DNA of 63,987 nucleotides, filler included, from Fonticula-like sp. SCN 57-25 (Eukaryota): the NCBI GenBank assembly GCA_001724245.1. It is 6 parts of 6 records of this genome, joined end to end, with 100 filler letters (N's around TTAATTAATTAA, not from the genome) between each part and the next. Parts side by side here need not be neighbours in the genome. Positions count along the whole stretch, not along the records: positions 32,170 to 42,329 come from MEDX01000236.1; positions 42,430 to 54,705 come from MEDX01000237.1; 4 more parts are not named here. One strand, 5' to 3'. The position numbers were made by a program, and so were the translations under genes. The notes beneath the pieces are model-generated. The model was given only the letters and a program-made list of their open reading frames with translations, was not told the origin of the DNA and made no database searches. This document shows, piece after piece, positions 37,850 through 49,620 of this stretch. Numbering within the stretch: position 1 is the stretch's first letter; the number at the start of each line of letters is the position of its first letter.

Positions 37850-38006
37850 CGTTGCATCTGCACGGTCTAAAAGGCAGAGTAGGGCACAGTACTGTCACAG
37901 CATTGTACGCATGCGGGAAACCCCCAATCTGACAGCACTGTCACAGCGCTGTACCAATAATGGATTCTGCCCTTGAATAATCTACAGGCATGTCACATTG
38001 TTGTGG

Positions 38007-38031
38007 GTTCCAGATTCGTCTCGAACTTTCC
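38007..38031 (+). promoter_or_regulatory. Heat-shock element (5 alternating nGAAn/nTTCn units, 2 mismatches) upstream of TATATA at 38063
   Basis: TTC-ca-GAT-tc-GTC-tc-GAA-ct-TTC, ~140 nt upstream of the BAG gene ATG. Confidence 0.6.
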
Positions 38032-38171
38032 CGCGCGTTCTCGTCGCTTCGCCGCATTACGGTATATAGGCGACCGCATTCTCGCCATGCCTCCCTTGTC
38101 ACACTTTTCTTCACCGACACCCGACGATCGATTTCAACACTCAACACCGTTTTGAACTTGATCCCCACACT

Positions 38172-39125
38172 ATGACGAGCATCTTCAACCCCTTCGGCGA
38201 CATGTATGGCAATACCTCTCGCCCTTCCCGCCGCTCCTTCTTTGGCGGCGATGATGAAGACGACTATTACTACTCGCACCCGTCGGCATCCCGCCAGCGG
38301 CAGTACGAGCGCCTGCTCCGCCAGCGCCAGTACGAGGAGGCGCTTCGTCAGCGCCAGTATGAAGAGGCGCTTCGCCAGCGCCAGTACGAGGAGGCGTTGC
38401 GTCAGCGCCAGTATGAAGAGGCGATGCGTCAGCGCCAGTACGAGGAGGCGCTCCGCCAGCGCCAGTACGAGGAAGCACTTCGCCAGCGCCAGTATGAAGA
38501 GGCGCTTTTCCAGCACAAGCAGCAGCAGCAGCAGCAGAGGCGACCCCGCCAGGCTCGCCCCGTCTCGCGCCGCCACGAGCATCTTTTGCGCGTGCAGACG
38601 CTCGCCGCGACAATCATCCAGCGCGCGTACCGCCGCCATCTTGCCCGCCGCGCTGCCGCCCGCTCTTCCGAGGCCGCGGCCTTCCTCGCTGACTGGTACA
38701 TCCGCGCCCGCGATCAGCGCGCGATCCGCCGCTCGCTGCCGATGCTCGCCAAGATCGGCGCGATCCGTCGCGAGATGCAAGACATGATGCGCGAGCTGGA
38801 GCCCGTTGCTTTTTCTGCGCCGCTGCGCCCCGACGGCCGCCTTCCGATGCCGCTGCTCGAGGTCGAGGACAAGTACCTCAAGATGCTGCTCAGGCTCGAC
38901 GCCGTGATGGCGGGCGACAATCTCGAGATCCGGGCGCAGCGCAAGATGCTCGCGAACGATCTCAACGCGAGGCTCGATGCCGTCGAGCGCGTCAAGAAGG
39001 ACATGCTCGCGAGGAAAGACGAGCTCTTGAAGCAGCAGCAGCAGCAGGAGGAAGAGGAGAACTCGTGGTCGATGCTGCCCGGCGACGCGTTCGAGAGCGA
39101 TGATGATGCCATGTCGGACGCGTAG
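38172..39125 (+). CDS. BAG-domain Hsp70 co-chaperone with IQ motif and nonapeptide repeats, intronless
   Basis: IQ motif AATIIQRAYRRHLARR; BAG LLEVEDKYLKMLLRLDAV..NLEIRAQRKML..LDAVE. Confidence 0.8.
   Translation: MTSIFNPFGDMYGNTSRPSRRSFFGGDDEDDYYYSHPSASRQRQYERLLRQRQYEEALRQRQYEEALRQRQYEEALRQRQYEEAMRQRQYEEALRQRQYEEALRQRQYEEALFQHKQQQQQQRRPRQARPVSRRHEHLLRVQTLAATIIQRAYRRHLARRAAARSSEAAAFLADWYIRARDQRAIRRSLPMLAKIGAIRREMQDMMRELEPVAFSAPLRPDGRLPMPLLEVEDKYLKMLLRLDAVMAGDNLEIRAQRKMLANDLNARLDAVERVKKDMLARKDELLKQQQQQEEEENSWSMLPGDAFESDDDAMSDA
38292..38507 (+). repeat. 8 x 27 nt coding tandem repeat (RQRQYEEAL)
   Basis: cgccagcgccagtacgaggaggcgctt variants with mostly synonymous differences. Confidence 0.95.
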
Positions 39126-40066
39126 AGCGGAGCTTGTGTACATTAATAACCATTTTGAGTTGTAAATAAGTCGTTAACATTATGATAATAACATTCTATT
39201 ATGAACTTTATTCAAATTTGCCATCTACACTAGAGATTCATTGCACAATTAATGTCATGCATCTATTAAAATGCGGTCTGAGTCAACTTGATAGACATGA
39301 TCTGGCCTTCAAAATGAAAGAAAAAAGACCTTGTATTCACATTTTATGCGTGTATTGCTTCCCTCTCCTTTACAACATAAATAATTAGCTATGCAACTAC
39401 GTAGTGCACTGCAAAGTTCACGACACTGTCGCCCGTATATCAGATCACGTGATCATAGGCGTTGAATCGAATCCACTCGTGGCCTTGTTGCGCTCGGCGC
39501 CTGTGCAGTGCGTGCCGATCCCCGCTCCTTTGCCTCGCTTTGGCTACCTCTGTCCCGCTGACCGTGCCTTCTTGTTGTCTTGTTCTCCATATCGCGCTAT
39601 CTTGCCTTTCGCCGATCTTTTTACTAACTCACATTTTCATTTTCCCTTTTGCCCCATAGTGAGTACGAGCTCGACCTCGTGGGACTCGATAGCGTCTAGA
39701 ATGGCAGCCAGTCAGCGTGCGGCCGCCGAGGCGCAGGTTTCTGGTTCGTCTTTTGTTCCCTTTCTCATTCAGTTTTGGTTTGATTTCTCTTGTAATTGCC
39801 CTCTTTTCCTTTCCTTTTGCCCTTGTGCCATCTCGCATGACACGCGATTTGCAACGTGATTGCATGGTGCCCGATGCGCGCCTGCTCTTTCTCCTTGTTG
39901 ATATCTCGTCACTTCTATGTTTCATTTTTCATATGAACGCTACTTATATTGATATTATGTGAGTATCCTTTTCTATTTTTCCCTTGTTCTCGCCATTATC
40001 TTTTGTTTTGATGTCTGACGCTGATTTCGCCACCTTCCGTCGGCATCTCCCCTCTCAGATGACAGC

Positions 40067-41190
40067 ATGGACAGCGACAGCGACAGCGACTACTCCAAGC
40101 TGTGGGTCGAGTGGTTCCTCCTGCTCCGCGGTAACGAGTTTTTCTGCGAAGTGGACGAGGATTACATCCGCGACAAGTTTAATCTGACTGGCCTCGGGTC
40201 CGAGGTGCCCATGTACTCATCGGCGCTCGATCTGCTCAACGACAGCCTGGACGAGGAGTTTGAGCCGGACATGAAGCAGGAGGTGGAGAGGGCGGCGGCG
40301 CACCTGTATGGGCTCATCCACGCGCGCTACATCATCACGTCAAGGGGTCTACAAAAGATGGTACGCAGAGGGAGAGGAGAGTGTGGTGATATTGGAATAG
40401 GGACATACTGGAAATAATAGAATAAGGACACACGGGAACGTGTCATATACCATGGTATATATATTGTGAATGAGGAAAATATTTGGAATGAAGTCTGTCA
40501 ATGGTCATCGATGGTCAAATGTGTTCATGGACTGATTGATATCGTGATCATATGATAATGTGTTGATACTGTGTTGATACTGTGTTGATACCTTGATGAT
40601 ACCTTGATGATATGTTGATGACACTTTGATGATGCTCTATCAATACTGTGAATGCCATGAATCTAGTTTAATTATGACTCTTTTACCTTTGATACTTACA
40701 CCCTATTCTTTTCCAGGCCGAAAAGTTCAAGCGCGGCGACTTTGGCCACTGCCCCCGCGCCCTCTGCCACAACCAGCCCGTCCTCCCCGTCGGCGTCTCT
40801 GACATCCCGCGCGTCAAGACCGTCAAGCTCTTCTGCCCCAAGTGCGAAGACATTTACAACCCCAAGTCGACCCGCCACGCGCGCCTCGACGGCGCCTACT
40901 TTGGCACGACGTTCCCGCACATGCTGCTGCAGGTGCACCCGGCGCTGATCCCGCCAAAGCCAGAGGAGCGGTATGTGCCGCGCATCTTTGGGTTCAGGCT
41001 GCATGCCACGGCGCCGCAGAATATCGGGCGGCGGGGGCGTGTCCATGAGGGGGAGCGGGACGCGTTCGGGGAGGAGAGAAGGGAGGGCGAGGTGATGGCG
41101 GCGGTGCAGGCGCAGCAGGGGAGGATCGGGAATTGGGCGACGCATGGGGCGGTGCCGGGATCGTGGGGGGCCGACCCAAATTCGCCGTGA
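40067..41190 (+). CDS. CSNK2B: Casein kinase II regulatory (beta) subunit
   Basis: [81 protein letters not shown]; intron 40361-40716. Confidence 0.96.
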
Positions 41191-41504
41191 GAATGTAATA
41201 GAAAATTTAATGTGATTTTGAAAGCGAAACTGAAGTTGAAAGTGGGGGAAAGTGATACGGAAAGAGACATAGAGAGGATGTATCAGATCTGCGTGCATGT
41301 TGGCGTCGCGGGAATCTGATGCGGCATTCACATGACACTCAAAAGTGAAACCGAGAATATAGGTGAAGTGCCGTATAATGTCGCTGCGCACAGTCCATGT
41401 ACAAATTGCATACCAAGTATACCCTTAGGTTTTGTCACACTTTTGTGCATGGTCTATAATAGTGCAAGTTGACCAGCGCATACGGAAACCACGTGACGTG
41501 AACT

Positions 41505-42329
41505 ATGCCGAGCGCAGCTACGGTGGTCGCCGGCTTTGGCGTCGGCGCCGCGGCCGTGCAGGCGTGGCGCTGGCGGAGAGCGCAGCGCGCGCGCCACCTC
41601 AGAAACGACGACATTCGCCACGCCATCGAGGACGACGCGGCTTCCTCGGACACGTCGGCATCATCGCGGTATGCCGCCATGAACATGTGGTCAATGAGTG
41701 TTTGCTGATTGCGCGAACTTTCAGGTTTCTTCGAACGGCGCGCTCCGAGGCGGCGGAAAAGGCGCCGGGCGCTTCCGAAGCGCCTATTGTTACCGAGTTC
41801 CCTCACTCGTGGGATTGGAACTGGGACGGGCGGGATGGCGAAAAGCGCGGGAAAGCCACCCGGCACATCCTGCTCGCGCGCCATGGCCGGTACAATATCG
41901 ATGCAGAGGAGCCGCAGCTTCAAATTCTAGACCTGCTCGGCGTCGTACAGGTGCGTATTTGCCTATTTGTGTGTGAGGATAGCGTGCTCACATGCTCATT
42001 AGGCATCGCTGCTGGCCGAGCGAGTGGCCAAGCTGCTGCAGGTCGGCACCAAGGTGGACACACTGGTCTCAAGGTACCTATTCATGTCTATTTTTGATAC
42101 TTTTTTGTCCTTTTCGCCTCTTTTTATCCATTGTGCCCCATTTTATTGACACTTTCTCCCTTTCAGTACGATGCCGCGCGCCGCTATGACGGCCGCAATT
42201 GTCCACCGCGAGATCCCGACCGTTCCGTGGACCTCTGACGAGCGCCTCTGCGAAGGCCGCCCTCACCTGCCGTGGCCGCTGCCCGCCGGCGAGCAGACGC
42301 GGTGGGCGGTCCGGGCGGATCGCATCGCC
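41505..42329 (+). CDS. PGAM5: PGAM5-like mitochondrial Ser/Thr phosphatase, 3' truncated
   Basis: N-terminal hydrophobic anchor; WDWNWD motif; ATRHILLARHG phosphohistidine motif; STMPRAAMTA; LCEG.P. Confidence 0.85.
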
Positions 42330-42429
42330 NNNNNNNNNNNNNNNNNNNNNNNNNNNNNNNNNNNNNNNNNNNNTTAATTAATTAANNNNNNNNNNNNNNN
42401 NNNNNNNNNNNNNNNNNNNNNNNNNNNNN
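42330..42429. other. Artificial contig linker
   Basis: N44-TTAATTAATTAA-N44. Confidence 0.99.
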
Positions 42430-42785
42430 AACCTTTGTGGCAATGTCCTACCAGCTCGTGGTCAAAACCATAACCGAGGTGGACCAGACAAAGGACAGGC
42501 TGCCCTCTCAGTCTGTTCGCAAGTACCTACATGCCCATATGAATTCGTTCAATCTCGATGCTGCGCTGGTGGAGGACTACATTAATATGTACGAGCTGGC
42601 GCGCTTCGGCCCCGACCAGCTGACCGAGAGCGACTACGATGAATTCACCACTGTCTTTTACAAGTTGTTGGAAAGGTATGTCTGGCATTGTTTCTTGTAC
42701 CTTTGCGCTGACGCACACTGTCCCTCGCTGTAGCATAAAGTCGGCTCGGCCGAATGATGACTATCTTACGCCCCCGAGCACTTGA
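42430..42785 (+). CDS. 3' end of a C1orf43/NICE-3 (Dlt1)-like protein
   Basis: SVRKYL...YINMYELARFGPDQLTESDY resembles the YE.ARY/FG...EY motif; short GT-AG intron before the stop. Confidence 0.5.
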
Positions 42786-43151
42786 TTCGGACTGTCCATT
42801 TTGAGCTCTTTGCGGATGTACATACGCTTGTTTGGCAAGTCCTTCTTTTCTGTGTGTTTTGTGTATATTTCTTTGCTCATTTTTGTGTCGCCAAGGACCC
42901 CTGTGCCTGCGCAGAATGTCAATTCTACTTTATTTTTGTGTATATACTATCTGTTATTGTGTAAAAAAAAAATTTTGCTGTTCATAGTTGCATAGAATAC
43001 ACGAAAGCCCATATGGTCAGCAGAATATCCCTAGGATGACAATTTACTATCACTGTATTATGAGCGATACAAAAGCAGAACTGAGGTCGGTTCAAAATAA
43101 TTTCGCGCCATTTGATTGGTCGATTTTTTCCATAAGAGCTCAGAATCGGGT

Positions 43152-45306
43152 ATGTCGGGTGCAAGCCCCCAGCGCCGTCGGCACGACGCGTTTCGACAAG
43201 AGCGCGACAACGTGCAGCAAAATGAGGCGACACCTTTGAATTCAACTGTGACCTTGGAGCAGATGAGCATGAAGAATTCCGAGCTGCGGTTGCAGCTTTC
43301 GTCATGCACGGAGTGGATGCTCGCTTTAGATCGACAGACTGCTTTGCAAAAGGAAGTTGCGGGGAGGCTTCGATCGTTTGCTACGTCCCTTATACCGCTG
43401 CTGCCACAAGATGCTCAAGAACAGACTTTGGTCGAGCTGAATAGAATAGCAAGCCGAATCGACCGAGCGCCACAGGCTTCAGTTTTGGTATGGACCGCGT
43501 GGACCTTGCGTGTTGTCGCCATAGTCTAACCATCTTCCGCAAGCCCTCTGACTTACAGCTGCGGCGCCATAGTCTAACCATCTTCCGCAAGCCCTCTGAC
43601 TTACAGCTGCGGCCTGCCTCGCTTAATTCTGTGAACGGATCTATACTGTTGCCCGCGATGATGCAGTCGGAGCGGCTTCATTCTACTTTGGCGCCGATCG
43701 TTTTCCCGTCTTCACCTGTTTCAACGCTGCCGCCCTTGGTGTCGCCACGCGCTCTGGGCCTCGCTAGCGACCCTGGGCCTGCCCAACCGCCAGAAGACTT
43801 GCTCGCTAGAGGTCAGCGCGAGCAGGCTTCTTTAATAGCGAATATACCCACCGACGTGGCTCTCCACCATTCGGTGATCACTGGCGGGACGAAGGCAGCA
43901 GCGGAGACGTGGAATCCTTCTCATCGTCCACCGCTTGCCAGGCCGATTGCCATAAAACCCATGCCACGGGCTGGCGTTGTGCCTCAGCCTCCCTCTGACT
44001 CTATGATGTTGCCTCACTCGAACGATTTACCCGTGAATGGCATGAAGCGCCCGCGGTCTAGCAGCGAGCCACAGCCACCCCTCCACGTGGCAGACGACTC
44101 GAGCAACGAGCACAAGACAATGCGGAGGCAGCGCAAGAACTATGTGTGGGTTTCTCAGTCGTTTAAGGAGCCGACAAAGCCAAAGTCTCCCGTGTACGCT
44201 GTTGGCTCGCGACCGATGCACATGATTAGCTAACGCGCGCTTTGGACGCCCTCAGGCCGCCCCTGTGGCAACGGTCAGTTTTATTTCATGGGACTGTGGT
44301 CTCTGCAATTGCGATGGACGATTCGCACGGTGTTGTTTACACTGGCGGCAAGGGTAACATCCGCAAATGGGACATTATGCGAAAGGAACCACAGCTGCTC
44401 GCAGAGCTCGCCGGCCTCGTACGTCTCTGTCAGATTGTCGTGTGACCAATCTGTTGAACTGTGGTCTGTCCAGCTGGACGGCAAAGTCGTTCGCGTATGC
44501 CAAATAACTCGCGATGGAAGCAAGCTTTTCGTCGCCGGCGAATGCAGCCAGATTGTAGTCGTCGACCTCACCCCTTCACTGCCGAGGCTAGCTGGTACCG
44601 TTGCGGTTTCTGTGCTTGCGATCTATTCTTTGGCCATTAGCCGGGACGGCCGCCACTGCTTTGCCGGCGCCGACAACGGGTCAATCCTGCATATAGACGT
44701 AAATGAAATGAAGGTGCTGAAAACGCTGCAGGCTCACGCTGCAGGTGTCACCTGTATCAACGTTATCTCGAAGGACGGCTCGAGCATCGTATCTGGTACG
44801 GGCGCATATCCACTCTTATTGACACGTAATCTGCTTTTGTTGAGTAGCAATTAACACACTGCTGGAATGTAGGCGGGCTAGATTCGATGCTGCGCGTGTG
44901 GTGCGTTGAGACGGGCAAGCAAACGCTCGAAATATCGCTTGCGGAGCCGGTGTATGCCCTTGCGCCCTTGCGTTGTGCTGAGAACAAAAAGTGCATTTTG
45001 GCGGGTATGGTGGACGGCCAGATGGCGCTTGTCAACCTGGAGACGATGGAGCAAAAGACGATCCCCGGTGTGGACAAGGGTGTGCTATCGATTCGCGTGT
45101 CAAAGCGGGGCGCCTGGTTTGCCGCCATCAGCTTGGATAGCGTTCTCACTGTGTGGGATTCGACCACGCTTGAGAAGCGGACGCAGTTTAGTGACGTCGA
45201 AGGGGTATTGTGTTTTGATATTTCGACTGATGGCAAGAGGGTCATGCTGGGGACGAATAACCACGTGGCGACGGTGTACGATATGTCCGATATTATCAAA
45301 GAATGA
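43152..45306 (+). CDS. Groucho/TLE-like corepressor (N-terminal Q/TLE_N helix plus C-terminal WD40), multi-exon
   Basis: QKEVAGRLRSFATSLIPLLPQDAQEQ (cf. TLE QTEIAKRLN.ICAQVIPFLSQEHQQQ); LFHGTVVSAIAM..VYTGGKGNIRKWDI (cf. LNHGEVVCAV..VYTGGKGCVKIWDI); IYSLAISRDG..CF; GGLDSMLRVW; ATVY. Confidence 0.8.
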
Positions 45307-45572
45307 CCTTTGGGTTACCCGTGCATCCATATCATTTTTGTGCACGAAATGTGCCTAGACTTTTGTTGTAGATAATTGTGTAAATAAGCCAATTTTTTAT
45401 TTGCATATAGAATGATCCCCCTGGACGTGTAAAATAAATAATAATTAACGAGGGAGGATCAAGTCGGAGAGCAGAGTTAATCGAGAGATATTCGAAATGA
45501 CTTGTCAGTCTAAACCTGGAAAAATGATGACGGATGATTCATGCGAGTTTTCGTGTGTGCGCACGAAGGCCC

Positions 45573-46580
45573 CTACAGGGAATAGAGGTACACAGCCAGG
45601 CAGACGAGGCTTGATCCAAGCGCAAACACGGCCGACAGTTGGAAATCAAAGAGGAAAACTGAGATTATGGAGGAAATGATGATCGAAAGCGAAGTGGCGT
45701 ATCCCTTCAAGATGTTGTCGGCGTACTTGACGACGACGGCAACGAGCAAGCCTCCGAGCGCCTGGTTTCCGATCGACAGCCATGTCCACGTGCTGTAGCC
45801 GTAGAAGAAGCCATACTGAGAAATGAGAGCGCCATCCTTGACGTAAGCGCCGAAAAGGCCGATGACGACGCCAAAGAAGCCGAGCTGGACGTTGCGCATC
45901 CACACCGACATATCCGACTCTTTCAGAATCATCTCAAAGTACACGCCTGCCAAGCCCGAGAGGACGCACGCAGAGAGCACCGCGATCAGGCCTGTTAACA
46001 TGTCCTCGTGCTCCTTGGACGGGCCAGGGGTCCCGGCAGCGCCTCCCAGCAAAGAACTGATGGCATCTGGGGGGAGCTGAACGAGGGCGACACCACAGGT
46101 CAACACGAAAAGAGAGATCCAGCGCGATCGGGTAAGCAGCTTGCGAAGAAACATAACAGAGAACAAGGCGGTCGTCAAAATCTTGAGTTGGTAGGTGACC
46201 TGAAAGACGGCGGCGTCGAGGTTGGAGGCCGCGACGTACTGAAGGTTGTTCTGCAGAGTGTAGAGGACGGCCGGGATGCCCAGCTTAAGCGTCTCCTTGT
46301 TAAAAATATCGGTCACAATGCGCTCCTTCCACGCCCTCAGTGACCCCTCCGTAGCGAAAATAAGCCCAAGGCACGCGATCAGCTTGATGACCTCGGACAT
46401 GACCACGGCCGTCGACGACAGGTACATGGGCCCCTCGACGATGCGCGAGTACCGCATGCAGATAACCAGCGAGCTGTTCTGGAACACCAAGCAGCCCAAG
46501 CTAACATACTTGAGCGGCATGCCGAACAGCTGCGGCTCTCGCTGCGGAGCAGATACCATCGTTCCTTTGCGGTCAAGCAT
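45573..46580 (-). CDS. Golgi nucleotide-sugar transporter (SLC35A2/A3, UDP-Gal/UDP-GlcNAc type), intronless
   Basis: [78 protein letters not shown]. Confidence 0.93.
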   Translation of the reverse strand: MLDRKGTMVSAPQREPQLFGMPLKYVSLGCLVFQNSSLVICMRYSRIVEGPMYLSSTAVVMSEVIKLIACLGLIFATEGSLRAWKERIVTDIFNKETLKLGIPAVLYTLQNNLQYVAASNLDAAVFQVTYQLKILTTALFSVMFLRKLLTRSRWISLFVLTCGVALVQLPPDAISSLLGGAAGTPGPSKEHEDMLTGLIAVLSACVLSGLAGVYFEMILKESDMSVWMRNVQLGFFGVVIGLFGAYVKDGALISQYGFFYGYSTWTWLSIGNQALGGLLVAVVVKYADNILKGYATSLSIIISSIISVFLFDFQLSAVFALGSSLVCLAVYLYSL

Positions 46581-46758
46581 GGTGGCCGCTGCCTGCCTTG
46601 TGCGCGGCTACCGCTTTTTCGCCCAAAAGAAATTCGATCGCGATCTATTTTGGTGGATCCTGATTGGATAGAGCGCGCGACCACAGTGCCCAAATGCGTG
46701 TACGGATTCGATTGCATGGACTGGAGCTGCGCGGGAAGCGACAAGAAGTGCCAAAGCG

Positions 46759-47470
46759 ATGGACAGGTCGTCGAAAGAACGCGAGCTGGTTGAGGAGTAT
46801 CTGAAAGAGGCGCAGCAACAGCTTGTACGCTCTTTTGCGGTGTGCGATGCCTTGATTAACGCGTAGATAGGCGGAGCAGGTCGCTGCGGCGGACCAGCTG
46901 TGGTACGAATTGGCATGCTTTGGAGCTTGCTGACGCACCGCAAATAGCGAGCAAGCCCGCGTACATGTGCGCGAGCTTGTGCAGCGGCGCACGCGCGGGT
47001 TCATCTCAAGCGCCAACATTGCGGCGCGCGAGCAAACCGGGGCGCTCCTCGAGCGCCTGTCGTCTGTGCTTGCAGGTAAGGCCGATATATTCGTGGATGC
47101 CTTCTAATGGTGCGCTGGTAGAGGAGGCGGAACTACAGGACCGCGTGAACGAGCACCATCAGCTGCAATCAAGCAATGACATGCTGGATCGGCAGATAAC
47201 CGCCAATGAGCAGCTGGCGAAAGGTGTGCAGACGCAATTCCCTGCACTATTCTCGGAACTGACCTTTTAGATTTGGAACCTCGCCTGGCTGAGCGGCGCA
47301 CCGAACTGGAAGCCTTGCGCGAGTCCACAAACGCGTTTCATCAAGAAACTGTGCGAACCATCAGCAGCTTGAAGGATCGGCTGAGCGCGTTCGAAGAAGA
47401 GAAAATGGAGGACTATCGCCGCGTGCTTCAGGATGAGGTTGCCAGACTCAAGGCGAATCCCGTATATTAA
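46759..47470 (+). CDS. Hypothetical coiled-coil protein, 5 exons
   Basis: Exons join in frame through four GT-AG introns (MDRSSKERELVEEYLKEAQQQL..AEQVAAADQL..EAELQDRVNE..LKANPVY*); no family recognised. Confidence 0.6.
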
Positions 47471-47501
47471 TTGTACACAAATGCACTCATACAAATACAA
47501 A

Positions 47502-49534
47502 CTAACACCCGCTGAGAACAAATTCTGAATCCTGGGAAGACAACATTTTGGTCTGTTGGATCGAAACTCCAGCGGGCGGCGGCGAATCAACCGCGCGCAT
47601 GCAAAATGACACCACATCATGCTGCGTTGGTATTACCGTGGCAACCAGCTGGAACGAAATAGCGTCGCCAAGGAGCTTTAGCCGCTGGTCCGGCTGGCAG
47701 CGAAGGAAGGCAGCGGCCGACAATCCCAGCAATTGAGTGGTTGGGCGCTGGCCGGTACCGATGAGCACAGTGCTAAAGCCGTCGTCCAGACAGATGGCCA
47801 GATTGAACAGGCACGCTGACGCCGCGTCGGGCGACGATGCCCCGCATACTGAGCAAATATTCTGTTTATTCAAAAGAGCACTGATCCCGCACGGCGAGTG
47901 AATCAGGCGCACCGTGTCGCCGCCATCGCCCACCGGCGCGCCGTCGGCTAGCGTCCATTGCGAGATCGATCCCGCGACAACAGCCGCGTGACCAATCTGG
48001 CGGTTCAGCGCTCGCAGCGGCAACGCCTCGTAGGTAAAGGGAGAGTTGAGTACACCGGTAAGCAGATCAAGCACTGTCACGCGCCCGCCCGACAGCCTGC
48101 TGCAAACCGCGCGCATGCTGCCATCCGCGTCTTGGCCGCACACAATCCCCTCAATGATACACACAGATCCGACCGCAATAGCAGCCACGGAGACCTGGTC
48201 AAAGCCCACTAGGCGCAAGGCAAAAGGGGATTGGACACCTGCCTGGCTGCTTGTATCTGAAAGAAAAAGAGTCTCGTTGTCGCGGTCAACTGATACGACC
48301 CACGCGAGCAGGCAGAGGTTCGCGTGGTTGAGCTGCCGGAGCTCGGCGAGATAGACGCGGTTGGGAATCGCATGACAGTCAATAGTGTCCTGATTGTCGC
48401 GAGCAACGGCTTGAGAAATAACGCCCACCGGCTCCTCGTGTACGTCCTAGATAGAGTTAGAATGGCTGAAAGGCACAAGGGACCGCCGTACTGGCTGTTG
48501 TGGCGCGTTGATTGACATGAAGAGGACGGTCGCAGAGCCGTATTCCAGCAAAAGCATATCTTTCCCCGAAGATGTCGAGACGTACGGCCGATAGATGTGA
48601 AGCACGTCGCCGCGCGCAATGAGAGACGAAAATAATGTCTGGTCGTCCCAGAGCTGCAAGATGAACCGCTCGAACCGGGCGGCCAGCGACGCGTGGCCCG
48701 CGACGGGGCGCAGGTAAACAGCAACGCGCTTGCGCCTTCCGATTTGATGCACAACTGAAACATCCACGACATTTACTGATAGACATACGAGCCCGCGCTG
48801 GTCGGCATCAAACTGCTCTGGGACACACGGCGAGCCAAAATGATGCTTTAAGAACTGGCCTCCCGTCGTGCTGAAGCAATCAATGCCAAGAATAACAAGG
48901 TCCGTTGGAAGAATTCGAGGCACACCAACGCGCGCCATGTCCACTAACCGACACCCAGTCATTCGAATTATGATATCTACAGCAACGATCAGACAGATGC
49001 CAAGGTAGAATAAAGCGCACCTGTCACGAATAAATGAACAAATTCGCCTGGGTGACCAAGAAAGTAAAACTTTTCGTGGAGATACATTTGCACACGCGCG
49101 GTTGAGCGATCTTGGACGTCCTCGGTGACATCTCGCAGAACGGCGATTAAAGTGGTGAAAGCTTGCGCTATGGTTTGTACGCTCTCTAGCCGGACGTCAA
49201 AGGCACAGGAGAAATCAAGCATGGTGTGCCCCTGCAAGAAAGACAGCCTTTGCCGCCTACGAACCGCATCCTGCGCCGAAAGCCCGACTTGCGAGTCTGT
49301 GTTCATATCGACAGTGCGAAGCATTGCAGGCGGGGCGCTCGCCTCCTCCTTGCGATCTAGCAAAGATCGCTGCACTCCGGCCATCGCTAGCGGCCATGTT
49401 ACACCGGTCGGGTACTCGGTAAGAATAGCCGCCAGTGCACTGGCCACGCTCGCCCATGGCACCACCTTGAGCTGAGGGGTGGTCGCCAGCTGGGTGCACA
49501 GTCTAGACAAGACGTCGTCGATCTGCTCGAGCAT
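47502..49534 (-). CDS. Multi-OB-fold protein resembling the S. pombe Cdc24 / plant OB-fold family, with C-terminal Zn-binding cysteines
   Basis: MYLHEKFY; TGCRL; RILPTD; LWDDQ; IYRPYV; LEYGSAT; RD.QDTID; H..C...CSVC; I.LDDG. Assignment from recalled motifs only. Confidence 0.55.
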
Positions 49535-49620
49535 GCTTGCAGTTGCCTCGGCCGCAGATTCGCAGATTTGTGTTTGCCGCGCTTTTTTGCAGCAGTTTGC
49601 AGTTTGCGGGCGGCATCAAG

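Noticed and set aside
38292-38507. 27 nt repeats as a CRISPR-like array
   Set aside because: There are no spacers; it is an in-frame coding repeat with synonymous variation in a eukaryotic gene.
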